In this document: positions 37,884 to 50,307 of the stretch, piece by piece
Layout: every line of letters starts with the position of its first letter
Numbering within the stretch: the stretch's first letter is position 1
The notes under the pieces: generated by a model
What the model saw: only the letters and a program-made list of their open reading frames with translations
What the model was told of the DNA's origin: nothing
Database searches by the model: none
Program-made: the position numbers and the translations under genes
From: Carcharhinus longimanus
Lineage: Eukaryota
Length of the DNA: 64,000 bases
Reading direction: 5' to 3'
NCBI GenBank assembly: GCA_030264375.1
Contig: JASCQW010000112.1
Location: 31,642,764-31,706,763, forward strand

Positions 37884-38048
37884 AGGGATGTTTTCCTTTT
37901 GACGTGCATCAGATTTCTTCTTCCACAAGCGTTCACGAAGTTCACTGATTCTTTTGTCCATCATAGTCACTTCCACGTTACGCTTGTTAAGCAGTTCCTT
38001 TTGATGTTGAAGTTTAGTATTTTGCTCTTGATTAAGCTTATTGCGAAT
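37884..38048 (-). CDS. PPP1R13B: ASPP1 coiled-coil exon ([55 protein letters not shown])
   Basis: cctttttag acceptor, gtatga donor, 165 nt, phase 0->0. Confidence 0.95.
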
Positions 38049-38673
38049 CTAAAAAGGACAGTAATTCCATAGTGTGAAAATATTTGGTGTTATAATCTGT
38101 TTCTAAACTCTTTCTCAAGCTCAAGTTTCTTTAGCTGGTCAGGGAAAGTTAGGGAGTGTCAAACTTCTCTATTGCTGCTTTTCTGTTGTGTGAAACCTAT
38201 GCTAATGGTGCTGGCTCCCAGCACGTTGGTGTTGTGCAGCTAGTGCCAACCCCCAAATTGAAGCTGCCAGATTGGTGAGGCTGGATGCCAGGATGACTTT
38301 TTTTTTTAAATAATTGGTCTTCCTAATGCCTGGCTTAAGTGAATCATCCACTTGATAGTCTGGTTTCGTTTGCCTGCCTTCTTAACCATTGTGCAAAATA
38401 AGTACATAGAAATAAAATGAAACAGTAAATTGTTTAAATTCTTAACATCTTATACTTTTATAAATAACTTCTTCAATCCAATGAAGAACTCAATCTCCAT
38501 AAAAGGCAAGGTAAATATAGGTTTTCACTTGTAATTTTCAACAATATCAGGTTATCAAGAATAACTAAGATTTATGGTTCCTTTTATAAAAATTAAATCA
38601 ACTTTTTTCTTGGATCCTTAATACAGTATTATAAAATGGGTACCACAGCTTTGGTTCATTTTGCATGCTTCAC

Positions 38674-38870
38674 CTGTAGCTCTTGATATAGCTTTTTTAA
38701 TTCAACTGCAGCAGGTCCTGGAACTTGTCCATTGTAAGCCTGCAATCCATTTGTTTTTCCTTTTCTCAAGTCATCAAGTTGCTGCGTCAGTTGATCAACT
38801 TTTAACACAGCCGATTGCAACTCCCGCTGTTTCTCATGAAACATACTGTTGATGTGCTCAATTTCAGCTG
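38674..38870 (-). CDS. PPP1R13B: ASPP1 coiled-coil exon ([28 protein letters not shown]...[13 protein letters not shown])
   Basis: (CT)n tract then cacagCAG acceptor, gtgaag donor, 197 nt, phase 1->0. Confidence 0.95.
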
Positions 38871-39119
38871 CTGTGAGAAGAGAGAGAGAGAGAAAAGCGA
38901 TAAACTCGAAGCCTGCAAACTTGCTAGCTCTTAAAGTGCACTATATTTATTTCAATTTCATTTAAGGTAATATTTGCAGAGCATGAACATCAAACTTTCA
39001 GAAAATAGAAAGAAATTATCTGATATTAACATTAATGGGGTGTAAAATAGCTGAAAACCACAATGTGCAATACCAGTGGCTTGTGTAATGCCTCAGATGC
39101 AGTACAATACATTCTGAGG

Positions 39120-40440
39120 ATAGAATATTAGAGATCATAAAGGTTTACAGCATGGAAACAGGCACTTCAGCCCAATTTGTCCATGCTGCCTTTTTTTAAA
39201 GCCCCTAAGCTAATCCCAATTGCCCACATTTGGCCCATATCCCTCTATACCCATTGTACCCAGGTAACTATCTAAATGCTTTTGAAAAGATAAAATTGTA
39301 CCCGCCTCTACTACTACCTCTGGCAACTTGTTTCAGACACTCACCACCCTCTGAAAAATTGCCCCTCTGGGGACTTTTGTATCTCTCCCCTCTCACCTTA
39401 AACCTATGCCCTCTAGTTTTAGACTCCCCTATCTTTGGGAAAACATATTGACTCTCTTACTGGTCTATGCTCCTCATTCTTTGATAGACCTCTAAGGTCA
39501 CCCCTCAGCCTCCTCCTACGCTCTAGAGAAAAAAGTCCCAGTCCATCCAGTCTTTCCTTAAAACTCAATCCATCAAGTCCCAGTAGCATCCTAGTAAATC
39601 TTTTCTGCACACTTTCTAGTTTAATAATATCCTTTCTACAGATCGATAGACTTGTGTGGTATAAGATTTAGGATTAATGTAGAGTCACAGAGATCTACAG
39701 CACAGCAAAATCCCCTTGGCCCATTGAATCTATATCAGTCAAAGACAAACCATCCAACTATTCTAATCCTATTTTCCAGCACTTGGTCCATAGCCTTGTG
39801 TGTCCTGGCATCCCAAGAGCACATCTAAATATTTCTTAATTATTATGAGGGTCTCTGCCTCCACCACCCTTTCAGACAGTGAATTCCAGACTTCCACCAT
39901 CCCCTGGTTGAAAAAGCTTTTCCTCACATCCCCTCTCAACCTCCTGCCCCTTACCTTAAGTCTATGGCCCCCGGTCATTGATCCCTCCACTATGGAGAGG
40001 AGTTTCTTCCTGTCTACTCTATCTGTGCCCTTCTTAATCTCATACATCTCAATCATGTCCCCTCTCAGTCTCCTCTGCTCCAAGGAAAATAATCCCAGTC
40101 CATCCAATCTATTTTCATAACTAAAACGCTCCAGCCCGGGCAACATCCTGGTGAATCTCCTCTGCACCCTTTCCAGTGCTGTCACATCCCTCCTTTAATG
40201 TGGATTCTGGAACTACACACAATACTCTTGCTGTGGCCTAACCAACATTTTACATAGTTCCAGCATAACCTCCCAGCTCTTAAACGCTCTGCCTCAGCCA
40301 ATAAAGGCAAGTATACAATATGCTTTCTTAACCACTTTATCCACTGTCCTGCTACTTTAAGAGAGCAGTGTACATGCACACCAAAGTCCATCAGACATTG
40401 GTGCTTCACAGGCTCCTGCCATTCATTATGTCTTTCCTGT
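39120..40440 (-). mobile_element. Two tandem CR1 (HER1-like) 3' fragments
   Basis: ORFs 39419..39610 and 39769..40185 (LERVQRRFTRMLPGL...LGLFSLEQRRLRGD...VWNSL). Confidence 0.88.
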
Positions 40441-40761
40441 GTCTGCCATAGTGGGCCCTCCTAGTTCCAATCTTCCACCATCACTTGCATTTATATTACA
40501 TTTACATGACTGTTCCCTCCCCCAGTGGGGTTTGGCCCCGTATGTTTGGCAGATATTTTGCCCAGACTTGGACAGAAGCTGGAAGGAGTCCTCCTCACAG
40601 GGAGGCAGATGCTTGAGAAAGACAAGATTCTTGCCAAGGGACCCAATATTACTCTGTTTGAAAATTAGGAACAGCCTACTGTTTGTCCAATAAGAATCTA
40701 AACAAACTTTGGTGAATCACAGGAAAAACGGAAACAAAACAGCAGCCGTGTAGAAGCTTAC

Positions 40762-40898
40762 CTGCCTCGGTTGCTATGACTGTGATATTGTGCCAAGGCA
40801 TTTCTTCCCGGTCTAGTGGTTTTAATGTTACAATTGATCCATTGGCAGAATTTATGTTGAAGTATCTGTCCAAATCAGTATGTCGATCGATAGAGTAA
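40762..40898 (-). CDS. Orphan type II classical cadherin exon, EC4 region ([45 protein letters not shown])
   Basis: Acceptor tttgaactttccag, donor G|gtaagc, 137 nt, phase 2->1, no stops. LDRE Ca-binding motif plus DRHTDLDR and WHNITV are typical of CDH6/9/10/8/11-type cadherins. The paralog cannot be assigned. Confidence 0.88.
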
Positions 40899-41240
40899 CT
40901 GGAAAGTTCAAATCAGAAAAACAATTTAGATAACACCCATTTCCAAAAGATGGAGATTTTGACCCTTTGTTTGTTGATTCCTATTGCAAACTCAAACACT
41001 TTTAATGCAGGGCTCTGACCCAGCAATCAGTTTCCTGACTCAATATCCTCCCACCTATTCCAACCAAGAGTTAGATGCAGTATCATTAATGTTTTTTTTG
41101 TGCCTATTTAGGGTAATTTTCCAACTATTGCTAATACTTTTCCTTGTGTCGGCAGCATTCTCTGACATTAAGCCTCTGTAAGTGCTGCTCTGTAACCGTC
41201 TAGTGTTCAGTTGTTCTATGTTTGATTATGTTTATTTACC

Positions 41241-41580
41241 TGGGGAGGTGATGGCCTCGTGGTATTATTGCTAGATCGTTAATCCAGAAACTCAGCTAAT
41301 GTTCTGGGGACCCAGGTTCGAATCTCGCCACAGAAGATGGTTGGAATTTGAATTCAATAAAAAGTATCTGGAATTAAGAGCCTACTAATGATCATCAACC
41401 ATTGTCTATTGTCAGAAAAGCCCATCTGGTTCCTTTAGAGAAGGAAATCTGCCGTCCTTACCTGGTCTACATGTGACTCCAGAGCCACAGCAATGTAGTT
41501 GACTCTCAACTGCCCTGAGGCAACTAGGGATGGGCAACAAATGCTGGCCCAGCCAGCGATGTCCATGTCCCACAAATGAA
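41241..41580 (+). mobile_element. SacSINE1/Deu-like tRNA-derived SINE, near full length
   Basis: tggcctcgtgg A box, ggttcgaatc B box, core ggaaatctgccgtccttacctggtctacatgtgactccagagccacagcaatg, LINE-like tail. Confidence 0.8.
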
Positions 41581-42302
41581 TCTGTTTACAATTGCTGCTT
41601 ACTGTGCTTGATCAGTTAAGCCTGGGTATGGACTCAGGGAAAAGTTATAGAAACCAAGGGGTGAATTTTCTGGTTCCGCTGGCCACGGGAATCATAGTGG
41701 GCAAGAGGTGGACCATGGAAAGGTCTGCTGTTGGCCTCGGGTCTGACTTCTAAGGTGGGATTTTCCGGGCACGCCCCGAGGTCAGACTGGAGGCATGGAG
41801 TAGATACCACAAAGCACAGTAAATAAAACTCATTACCCATTGAAACTAATGTAATTTTTTTGTAGATCAGAAATATAAAATTTACTACAATGGTCTCTAG
41901 GATTTGTCTGGCAATGATCGGTGAAAATATATCTGTCCATTTTTCCGCTCTCGCTCCCATGAGAATGTTTCTAACGTGGATAAGTGCTTTTGCGGTGATT
42001 CAATCAAGATTGAGGACTTGTCACGTAAGTAATTGTGGAGATGCATTTACGTTTTAACATTTTGTTCTCCAATACAAGGACGCATTTGAAAAGAAGATTG
42101 AAAATGCATTAAAGAGCTCCACTGCTAACTCATAAAAAATCTGAGTCGCACAGATAGTTAAAGTTGGTCTTTTGTTTGCTCATTCTCAGGATGTGAACAT
42201 CACTCACCCCAGCCTGCATTTATTATCCATTTTAACTGCCCTTAAGAAAGTGGGGTGAGTCACCTTCTTGAACTGCTGGAACCCATGTGGTGTAAGTATT
42301 CC

Positions 42303-42455
42303 TGATGTACAGATGCCGGTGTTGGACTGGGGTAAACACAGTAAGAAGTCTCACAACACCAGGTTAGAATCCAACCAGTTTTTTTTAAATAAACCAGTTT
42401 TTTCAAATAAACCTGGTTGGACTCTAACCTGGTGTTGTGAGACTTCTTACTGTGT
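42303..42455. mobile_element. Miniature palindromic Penelope-derived insertion
   Basis: 43-bp inverted arms (42336-42378 / 42413-42455, 1 mismatch); direct repeat gtgtaagtattcc at 42290-42302 and 42452-42464. Confidence 0.85.
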
Positions 42456-42869
42456 AAGTATTCCCACAGTGCTGTTGGGAAGGGGGAATCCAGGATTTTG
42501 ATCCAATGATAGTGAAGGAATGGCGATATAGTTCTAAGTCAGGATGGTGAGTGCCTTTGACGGGAGTTGATAGCGTTCCGTGTATTTGCCACCTTGTCCC
42601 CCGAAATGGCAGAGCTTGAGAGTTTGGAAGATGCAGTTGAAGACCCTTTTGGTGAGTTGCTGCAGGACATCTCCTAAATGGTACGCACTGCTGCCACTGT
42701 ACATTGATGGTGGAGGGAGTGAATGCTTAAGATGGTGGATGGGCCATCAATTATACAGCTGTTTTGTCCTGAATGGTAGTAAGCTTTTGAGTATAGTAGG
42801 AGCTACCAGGTTGCTACAAAAAAGAATCATCTGGTTCACGAGTGCCCTTAAGAGAAAAAAGATCTTTCT

Positions 42870-43174
42870 TTTCATGGGCATCACAGGTAGGCCAGCATTC
42901 ATCCCTAGTTGCCCAAGACAAGTTGAAGAGTCAACCACATTGCTGTGGCTCTGGAGTCACATGTAGACCAGACCGGGTAAGGATGCTAGATTTCCTTCCC
43001 TAAAGAACATCAGTGAACCAGATGGTCTTTTCCGACAATTGACAATGGTCATCAATAGATTCTTAATTCAAATTCCACCATCTGCCGTGGTGGGATTCAA
43101 ACCCGGGTCCCCAGAATATTAGCTGAGCTTCTGGATTAATAGACTAACGATAATATCACTGGGCCACGGCCTCC
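42870..43174 (-). mobile_element. SacSINE1/Deu-like SINE
   Basis: Reverse complement of the 41241-41580 family. Confidence 0.8.
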
Positions 43175-43274
43175 NNNNNNNNNNNNNNNNNNNNNNNNNN
43201 NNNNNNNNNNNNNNNNNNNNNNNNNNNNNNNNNNNNNNNNNNNNNNNNNNNNNNNNNNNNNNNNNNNNNNNNNN

Positions 43275-43351
43275 ACCTGTTGGACTTTAACCTGGTGTTG
43301 TGAGACTTCTTACTGTGTTTACCCCAGTCCAACGCCAGCATCTCCACATCA
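43275..43351 (+). mobile_element. Penelope-derived terminal arm next to gap
   Basis: gttggactttaacctggtgttgtgagacttcttactgtgtttaccccagtccaacgccagcatctccacatc. Confidence 0.75.
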
Positions 43352-45020
43352 CATTCTGTCAAGAAGCCAATTTTGTATCCATTTAGAGACCTCATCCTGG
43401 ATCCCATTAATGTCAGATGCAATATAATTTAGATAAATGAGGTTATTCACTTTGAAAGCAAGAACAAGGCAGCAGATTATTACCTGAATGGTTGTAAATT
43501 GGGAGAGTGAAGTGTGCAGTGGGACCTGGATGTTGTTGTGCATAGTCGCTGAAGGTAAGCATGCAGGTACAGCAGGTGGTAAAGGAGGCAAATGGCCTTC
43601 ATTGCAAGATGTTTCGAGCACAGGAGCAGGGATGTGTTGTTGCAATTATACAGAACCTTCGTGAGGCCACATCTGCAATACTGTGCGTAGTTTTGGTCTC
43701 CTTTTCTGAGGAGGGATGGTCTTGTTCGAGGGAGTGCAGCGAAGGTTTACCAGGCTGATTCTGAGGATGGCGATATTGATGTATGAGGAGAGATTAACTA
43801 GGCTAGAATTCTTTTTGCCGAAGTTCAAATGAATAACGGGGTATGTCTGAGACTTACAAAATTCTAACAGGACTAGACAAGATAGATGCAGGAAGGACGT
43901 TCCCAATGGTGAGAGTGTCCAGAACCAGGGGGTGACAGTCTGAAGATTCAGGGTAGACCATTTAAGATAGAGATAAGAAAGCATTTCTTCACCCAAAGAG
44001 CGGTATGCCTGTGGAATTCACTACCATAGGAAGAAGATGATGCCAAAACATTGAATGTATTCACAAGACGACGAGATATAGCAGCTGGGCCAAAAGGAAT
44101 CAAAGATTATGGGAAGAAAGCAGGATTATAGAGTCATAGAAACAATCCAACTTGACCATGCTGCCCGTTTTTTTTTAAACCCCTGAACTAATCCCAATTG
44201 TCTGCACTGGGTCCATATCCCTCGATATCCAAGGTACCCACGTAACTATCTAAATGCTTCTTAAAAGACAAAATTGTACCCGTCTCTACTACCCACCTCT
44301 GGCAGCTTGTTTCAGACACCTACCAGCCTCTATGTGAAAAAATTACCCCTCTGAACACTATTGTATCTCTCCCCTCACATCTTAAACCTATGCCCTCTAG
44401 TTTTAGACTCCCCTACCTTTGGGATAAGATATTTACTATCTAGCTGATCTGTGCCCCTTGTGATTTTATAGGCCTCTATAAGGTCACCCCTCAGCCTCCT
44501 ACCCCCACAGAAAAAAATGTCCCAGTCTATCCAGCCTCTTCTTACAACTCAAATCTTCAAGTCCCAGTACCATCCAAGTAAATCTTTATTTACTACACTC
44601 TTTCTAGTTTAATAATATCCTTTCTATAATAGGGTGACCAGAATTGCACACAGTATTCTAAGTGTGGCCGTACCAATGTCTAGTACAAGTTCAACAAGAC
44701 ATTCCAACCCCTGTATTCAATGTTCTGACCGATGAAACCAAGCATGCTGAATGCCTTCTTCACCACTCTGTCCACCTGTGACTCCACTTTCAAGAAGCTA
44801 TGAACACATACACCTAGATCTCTTTGTTCTGTAACTTTCCTCAATGTCTTACCATTAACCGAGCAAGTCCTGCCCTGGTTCAATCTACCAAAATGCATCA
44901 CCTCGCATTTGTCTAAATTAAACTCCATTTGCCACTCGTCAGCGCACTGGCCCAATTGATCAAGATCCTGTTGCAATTGGAGATAACTTTCTTCGCTATC
45001 CATTATGCCACCTATCTTGG
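43352..45020. mobile_element. Adjacent CR1 fragments (plus strand ~43400-44130, minus strand ~44130-45020)
   Basis: ORF 44680..45003 WQMEFNLDKCEVMHFG...RDLGV; the minus copy closely resembles 39120-39640. Confidence 0.8.
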
Positions 45021-45204
45021 CATAGTCCAGGATGATCTCTCATGCTAGAAAAGATTTCCATATTTTTGTCATGAACCTTAATGCTTCTGAACATGAGGAG
45101 AAGCTGATGGCACTGCATCATATATTGCCAGCTAAAATGTGATCAAACACACATTTAAGGACACCATCACCTTGCAAGCAAAGAAAGTTATAAGAAATGG
45201 TCAG

Positions 45205-46600
45205 CATTTATTGTTCTTTTCTAATGCTCTTGAGAAGTTGGTGGTAAGTCAGCTTCATTAACCATTTCAGTCCATCTGGGGACGATATTCCCACAATGCT
45301 GTTAGGGAGAGAGTTTGATCTGGCATTGAGGGTGGTGACATATTTCCAAGTAAGAATGATATGAGAAACTTGCAGGGGAACTTGGACTATCGACATTTCC
45401 ATGGGTCAGCTGTTCTTGTCCTTGTTGAGGGATAGTTTACAGGTTTGGAAGTTGAGGTGGCTACAATTCATTTTGTAGGTGTCACACACCATAGCCAAGG
45501 CATGCTGATGGTGGAAGGAGTAAATGGTATATGTGGTAGATGAGTTGCCAATCAAGCAGTCTGCTTTTTTCTGGATGATATGGAGTTTGAGTGTTGCTGG
45601 AGATACTTGCCACTTCCCTGGTTGAGTGTATTTAATCACAGATCTGACATGGTGAAATGGCTTTGGGGATTGAGACAAATTATTTGTCATAGAATAACCA
45701 GCTTCTAGTTTTTTTCTTATAGCACAGTAATTATGTGGATAGTCCAGCTAAGTTTCTGGTCAATGGCGACTCCCCTGATGCAGGGAATTCAATGAATTTC
45801 AAGATGGGACAATTAGACTCCCCACTGTTGGGGATCATCATTGCCTGGTTAACATTACTTCCACTTGCAAGCCCAAGCTTAAATGTTGTCTATGTCTTGC
45901 TGCATGAGAGTACAACTGCTTCATTACCTGTGGATTAGTGAATGGAATGGAACAATACAATTACCAGTGAACATTTCCAGTTATGGCATTATGATTGCGG
46001 GAAGGTCATTGATGAAGGCTGTAATGTGGTGTGGTCCTGATGGAATTGAAACTGAGTATTGGTAAGCAGGTAATGGTGAATTCCTGTCAATGACCCCTAT
46101 CATTGCTTTGCTGATAATCAAGAGCCATCTAATGGAGCAGCTTTTGGCTAGATTGGATTTGTCCTGCCATTTGTGGTTAGGCTGTGCCTGCATGATGTTT
46201 CACATTGTTAGGTAGAGGCAAGTGCTATAGCTAAACTAGAATAGCTTAGTTAGGGATGCAGCTAGTTCTGGAGCACACTTAGAGCAATGTAGTTTGGATG
46301 TTTGGGGGGAAACCATTGTTTTTGCTATCTCCAGTGTGCGTGGCCATTTCTTGAAATCACACATAGTGATCAAGTTGGCTGAAGATTGGTTTCTCTGATG
46401 GTGAGGACTTCAGCAGTATACCAGGTTGGATGATCCACTCTGCACCCTGGTTGAAGATCAATGCAAATGCTTTATCCTTGTCTTTTGCAGTAGTGCCAGG
46501 CCCAACTATCACTGAGAGTGGGGATATACATTGGACCTCTTTTTCACATTAGATGATCAATTGTTCACCACAATTCACAACTGGATCTGGAAGGACTTCA
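45205..46600 (-). mobile_element. Old CR1/L2-group LINE (family sharing its tail with the SacSINE1-like SINE)
   Basis: Decayed RT (KWQDKSNL...LLIISKAM; FINDLP); same family as 54570-56100 and 42170-42800. Confidence 0.6.
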
Positions 46601-48307
46601 GATTTGCCCATCCGTTAAGATGGGGAAAGAAGACAGGGGCAATCTAGGGATTTGGAGACTGTTGAATTGGTCAGTGCAGAGAACCTGTGACAAAGACAGC
46701 AACTCAGAGGAGAGAAACCACAGGGAATGCTATGGCATCATGGAGCAATTGGAAGGAAAATGGTGTGATTGGAGTGCAGAGCTATAGTAGTAATATAGAA
46801 TTCCATAAATCACTAGTACAGGTAGGTGGTTTATTTTATAGAGTCCTACATGCCTTGTTGGCTCCAACATGCTAGGCAAAAAGGTACAAGACAATCAATG
46901 AAAAATGTTTTGAAACAAATGTTGGGATCCCTCTCTTGATAGTAACTAGTGGCATAAGGGAGGAATTATTTGGAGAGTGGGTGAAAAAGGCAATAAAAGA
47001 TGGAGCAGGGGGCAAGAAATATAAGAGGAAAGAAAGAAAATAGGTCAGAAAGAAGAGCATGAAAAAAAGCAACATTTTCTAAGAAGGGAGGCAGTTTAAA
47101 ATTATTTAGATATATACATACAAAGTATTCAGGACAAAAATCAGTGAACTAGAGAGACAGATTGTTATGGGAGGAGACATGTTATCGTATTAATAGAGAT
47201 GTGATGTAGACTACAGCAGGAGTGAGTTAAACATTCCTAGTTACAAACATGCAAGAAGAATCGAATAGGAAATTATTGATCAAAATTCCATTACAACTCT
47301 AGAAGATATTTCTGACAAAAGCTGCATCTATTTGATACGAGTTAAACTCCTCTATTGGAAAAAGTGATAAATAGAGGAAATATATGAGGGGAATAAAAAT
47401 GTCAAACTAACAAGATAACATGATTTTTAATATCCAAAACTAGAGACAGGTAAAAGGCAGCAAAGAGAAGGGTTTTCTGTTGATTTCTAAATCAGTATGC
47501 TTTTAGTCATCAAAGCTAGAGACAAGACTAGATTTTAGTATTTAAAAATGAGATAAGTGTGAGAAAAAGAGCAAGCAGTGACTATGCAGTAAGTGGCGAA
47601 ATCAAACTGAAAATTATACTGGGAGATATGACAAATGTTAATGTGAAAAAACAAGCACAGTACAGAAAGTAGAAGGATATTAGAACTCTGGAAAGTCTAA
47701 AAAAGGTTATGAAGAAGAGTGGCAAGGAATAAAATAGCTTACTGATGAAAACAGAAAGGATGCAGACTATTAGAGAGGAAATAAACTTTGAGATGGTGGC
47801 AGTAAAAGTTCAACGGTTCAAAAAGTGGCAAGATAAGGACTAAATGTAGATAAAAGTGGTCATGATCTTTGGAAACATGCTTGCAAGGTGATTTCATTTG
47901 ACTTGGCATGTCTGTTCTTGCTCTTTGAAAGAGCCGTTCAATTTAGACCCTCACTCAACACTTTTCCCCATACCCAGTGAATTAAACTTTGGCAAGTACA
48001 TGCCTAATTGCTTTTCTTGATGTCAATGGTAAATTTCTTGCACCCCCTCACCCAAACCAGGCCTTGATATCCTTCCAAAGTGTGGCGCTCAGAACCATGA
48101 ATGATTCTCTAGCTGCAACCTTTGATGTCATCAGTCACCAGAAATCTACTGATTTCTGTCTTGAACATGCGAAATGGTTGAGCTTCCACAGCTCTGAGGG
48201 ATAGAGAATTCCAAAGATTTGCCATCCTCTGAATGAAGAATTTCCTCTCCATCTCATTCTTAAATGGCCTATCCTTTATCCTGGCTCTAGGCTCACCAGC
48301 CAGGAAA

Positions 48308-48635
48308 GATGTTCTGGGGACCCAGGTCGGAATCCCTCCACAGCAGATGGTGGAATTTGAATTCAATGAAACTTATCCAGAATTAAGAATCTATTGATCA
48401 CCATGAAACCATTATCAATTGTCAGAAAAACCTATCAATTGTCGGAAAAACCTATCTGGTTCACTAATGTCCTTTTGGGAAGGAAATCTGCCATCCTTAC
48501 CTGGTCAGGCCTACATGTGACTCTAGAGCCACAGCAATGTAGTTGACTCTCAACTGCCCTCGGGTGGCTAAGGATAGGCAATAAATGCTGGCCAGCCAGC
48601 GACACCCCATATGCCACAAGTGAATTTTAAAAAAA
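48308..48635 (+). mobile_element. SacSINE1/Deu-like SINE (5'-truncated)
   Basis: Same core and tail as 41241-41580. Confidence 0.78.
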
Positions 48636-48834
48636 GTCACGCACCAGAGCACCCAGATCCCTCCATATCGGAGCTTATAATTTTTCACCATTTATGTAAT
48701 ACACTTCTTTATTCTTCCTGCCAAAATGGACAATTTCATGTTTCCACAATATATCCCATGGGATTTAGATTTTGTAGAAAGGATGCAGAGTAAAAAAGCT
48801 GTAGTAACAGAGAAACCTTACAATGCAGAGAGAG

Positions 48835-49585
48835 AATCTGGTGAACTGATGTTTACGACAATAATCTCTTCCTCAATGTCAATAAAATGAAGGAGATAGT
48901 CACTGACTTCAGGAAGCATAGTGAAGGACATGTCCCTGTCTACATCAAAGAGGGTGAAATAGAAGTGGTCAAGAGCTGCATGTTTTAGGTATTCAGATTG
49001 CCAACAACCTGCCCTCGTCTTGCCACACAGACGCCTCTACTTTTTCAGGAAGTTAAGGAAATTTGGTACGTCCACTACGGCTCTCACCAACTTTTACAGA
49101 TACAGCATAGAAAACATCCTTTCCGGTTGTATCCCAGCTTGGTATGGCTTCTGCTCTGTCCAAGATTGCAAGAAACTACAAAGAGTCACGAACGAAGCCC
49201 AACCCAACATACAGACCAGCCTTGCTTCCACTGACTCTGTCTACACTTGCCATTGCCTCGGAAAAACAGCCAGCATAATTAAGGACCCCAACACACCCCA
49301 GATATTCTCTCTTCCACATTCTCCCATTAGGAAAAAGGTACAAAAGTCTGAGGTCACGTACCAACCGACTCAAAAATAGCTTCCTTCCTGCTGCCATCAG
49401 ATTTTTGAATGGACCTACCTTATATTAACTTGATCTTTCTCTACACCCTAACTATGACTGTAACAGTACATTCTGCCCACTTTTCTCTCCTTCTCTATGA
49501 ACGGTATGCTTTGTCTGTACAGCACACAAGAAACAATACTTCTTATTGTACACCAATATATTTGACAATAATAAATCAAAGAATT
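48835..49585 (+). mobile_element. Rex1/Babar-type retrotransposon 3' end
   Basis: RRLYFFRKLRKFG..LTNFYRYSIENILSGCI.AWYG in ORF 49020..49379; NNLFLNVNKMKEIVTDFRK upstream. Confidence 0.85.
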
Positions 49586-50132
49586 AATTGGACTACAATG
49601 AGAATAGTGTGTTTAATTTTGGGAGCTTCACTTCAGCACAGAAGAAAACCTATGGAGATTTATTAAAATGATACCAGGGACGAATGATAAAAGTTTAAAG
49701 GTTAGACTAGAGAAATTGTGTCTTTTTCCACAAGAAGGGAGAAGATCTAACATAGATGGTTAATGATGATGAGTTTTGATAAAGCAAAACTAAGTCTACT
49801 AGTCAGGAGTTAGTAATTTGAGACCATAAATTGAAGTTTGCCTTTCGAATGAAGAGATAAGTTTCTTTTTTGACATAAAAAATTGTTTCTAGAAAAACAT
49901 TCCGTATCCTAACATCTTGGAAGAAGCTTCAAAACTTCTTTTAAAAAGGATCGCTATTTGAAAAACAAACAGCAACAGAAAAAGGAATAAACGCACAACT
50001 AATCTGCCTATGTTGTATAAGCTATGGTATTGTCAATGTCCTGAAATATTCCAAATTAATTATTTTTACTAATAATATACCCATTGATTAATGCTTGAAA
50101 TGCAAAATGTATTCCAAAATAAGAATACTCAC

Positions 50133-50307
50133 AAAGATTGCCATTGATAATTTTACTATAGTCCACCTGTCCTCGCATAGCTCGTATCTTCTTCAGCTTT
50201 GCCTCCTGGTTCTCCATACGTTCTTTCAGCTTCTGTAATTTGTCACTTTCTGAAATGGACTGCTGCTGGCGCCTCTCTTGTTGTTTCAAATAACGCAAAC
50301 GTTGCTC
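50133..50307 (-). CDS. PPP1R13B: ASPP1 exon ([58 protein letters not shown])
   Basis: ttccctcaaag acceptor, gtgagt donor, 175 nt, phase 0->1. Confidence 0.96.
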
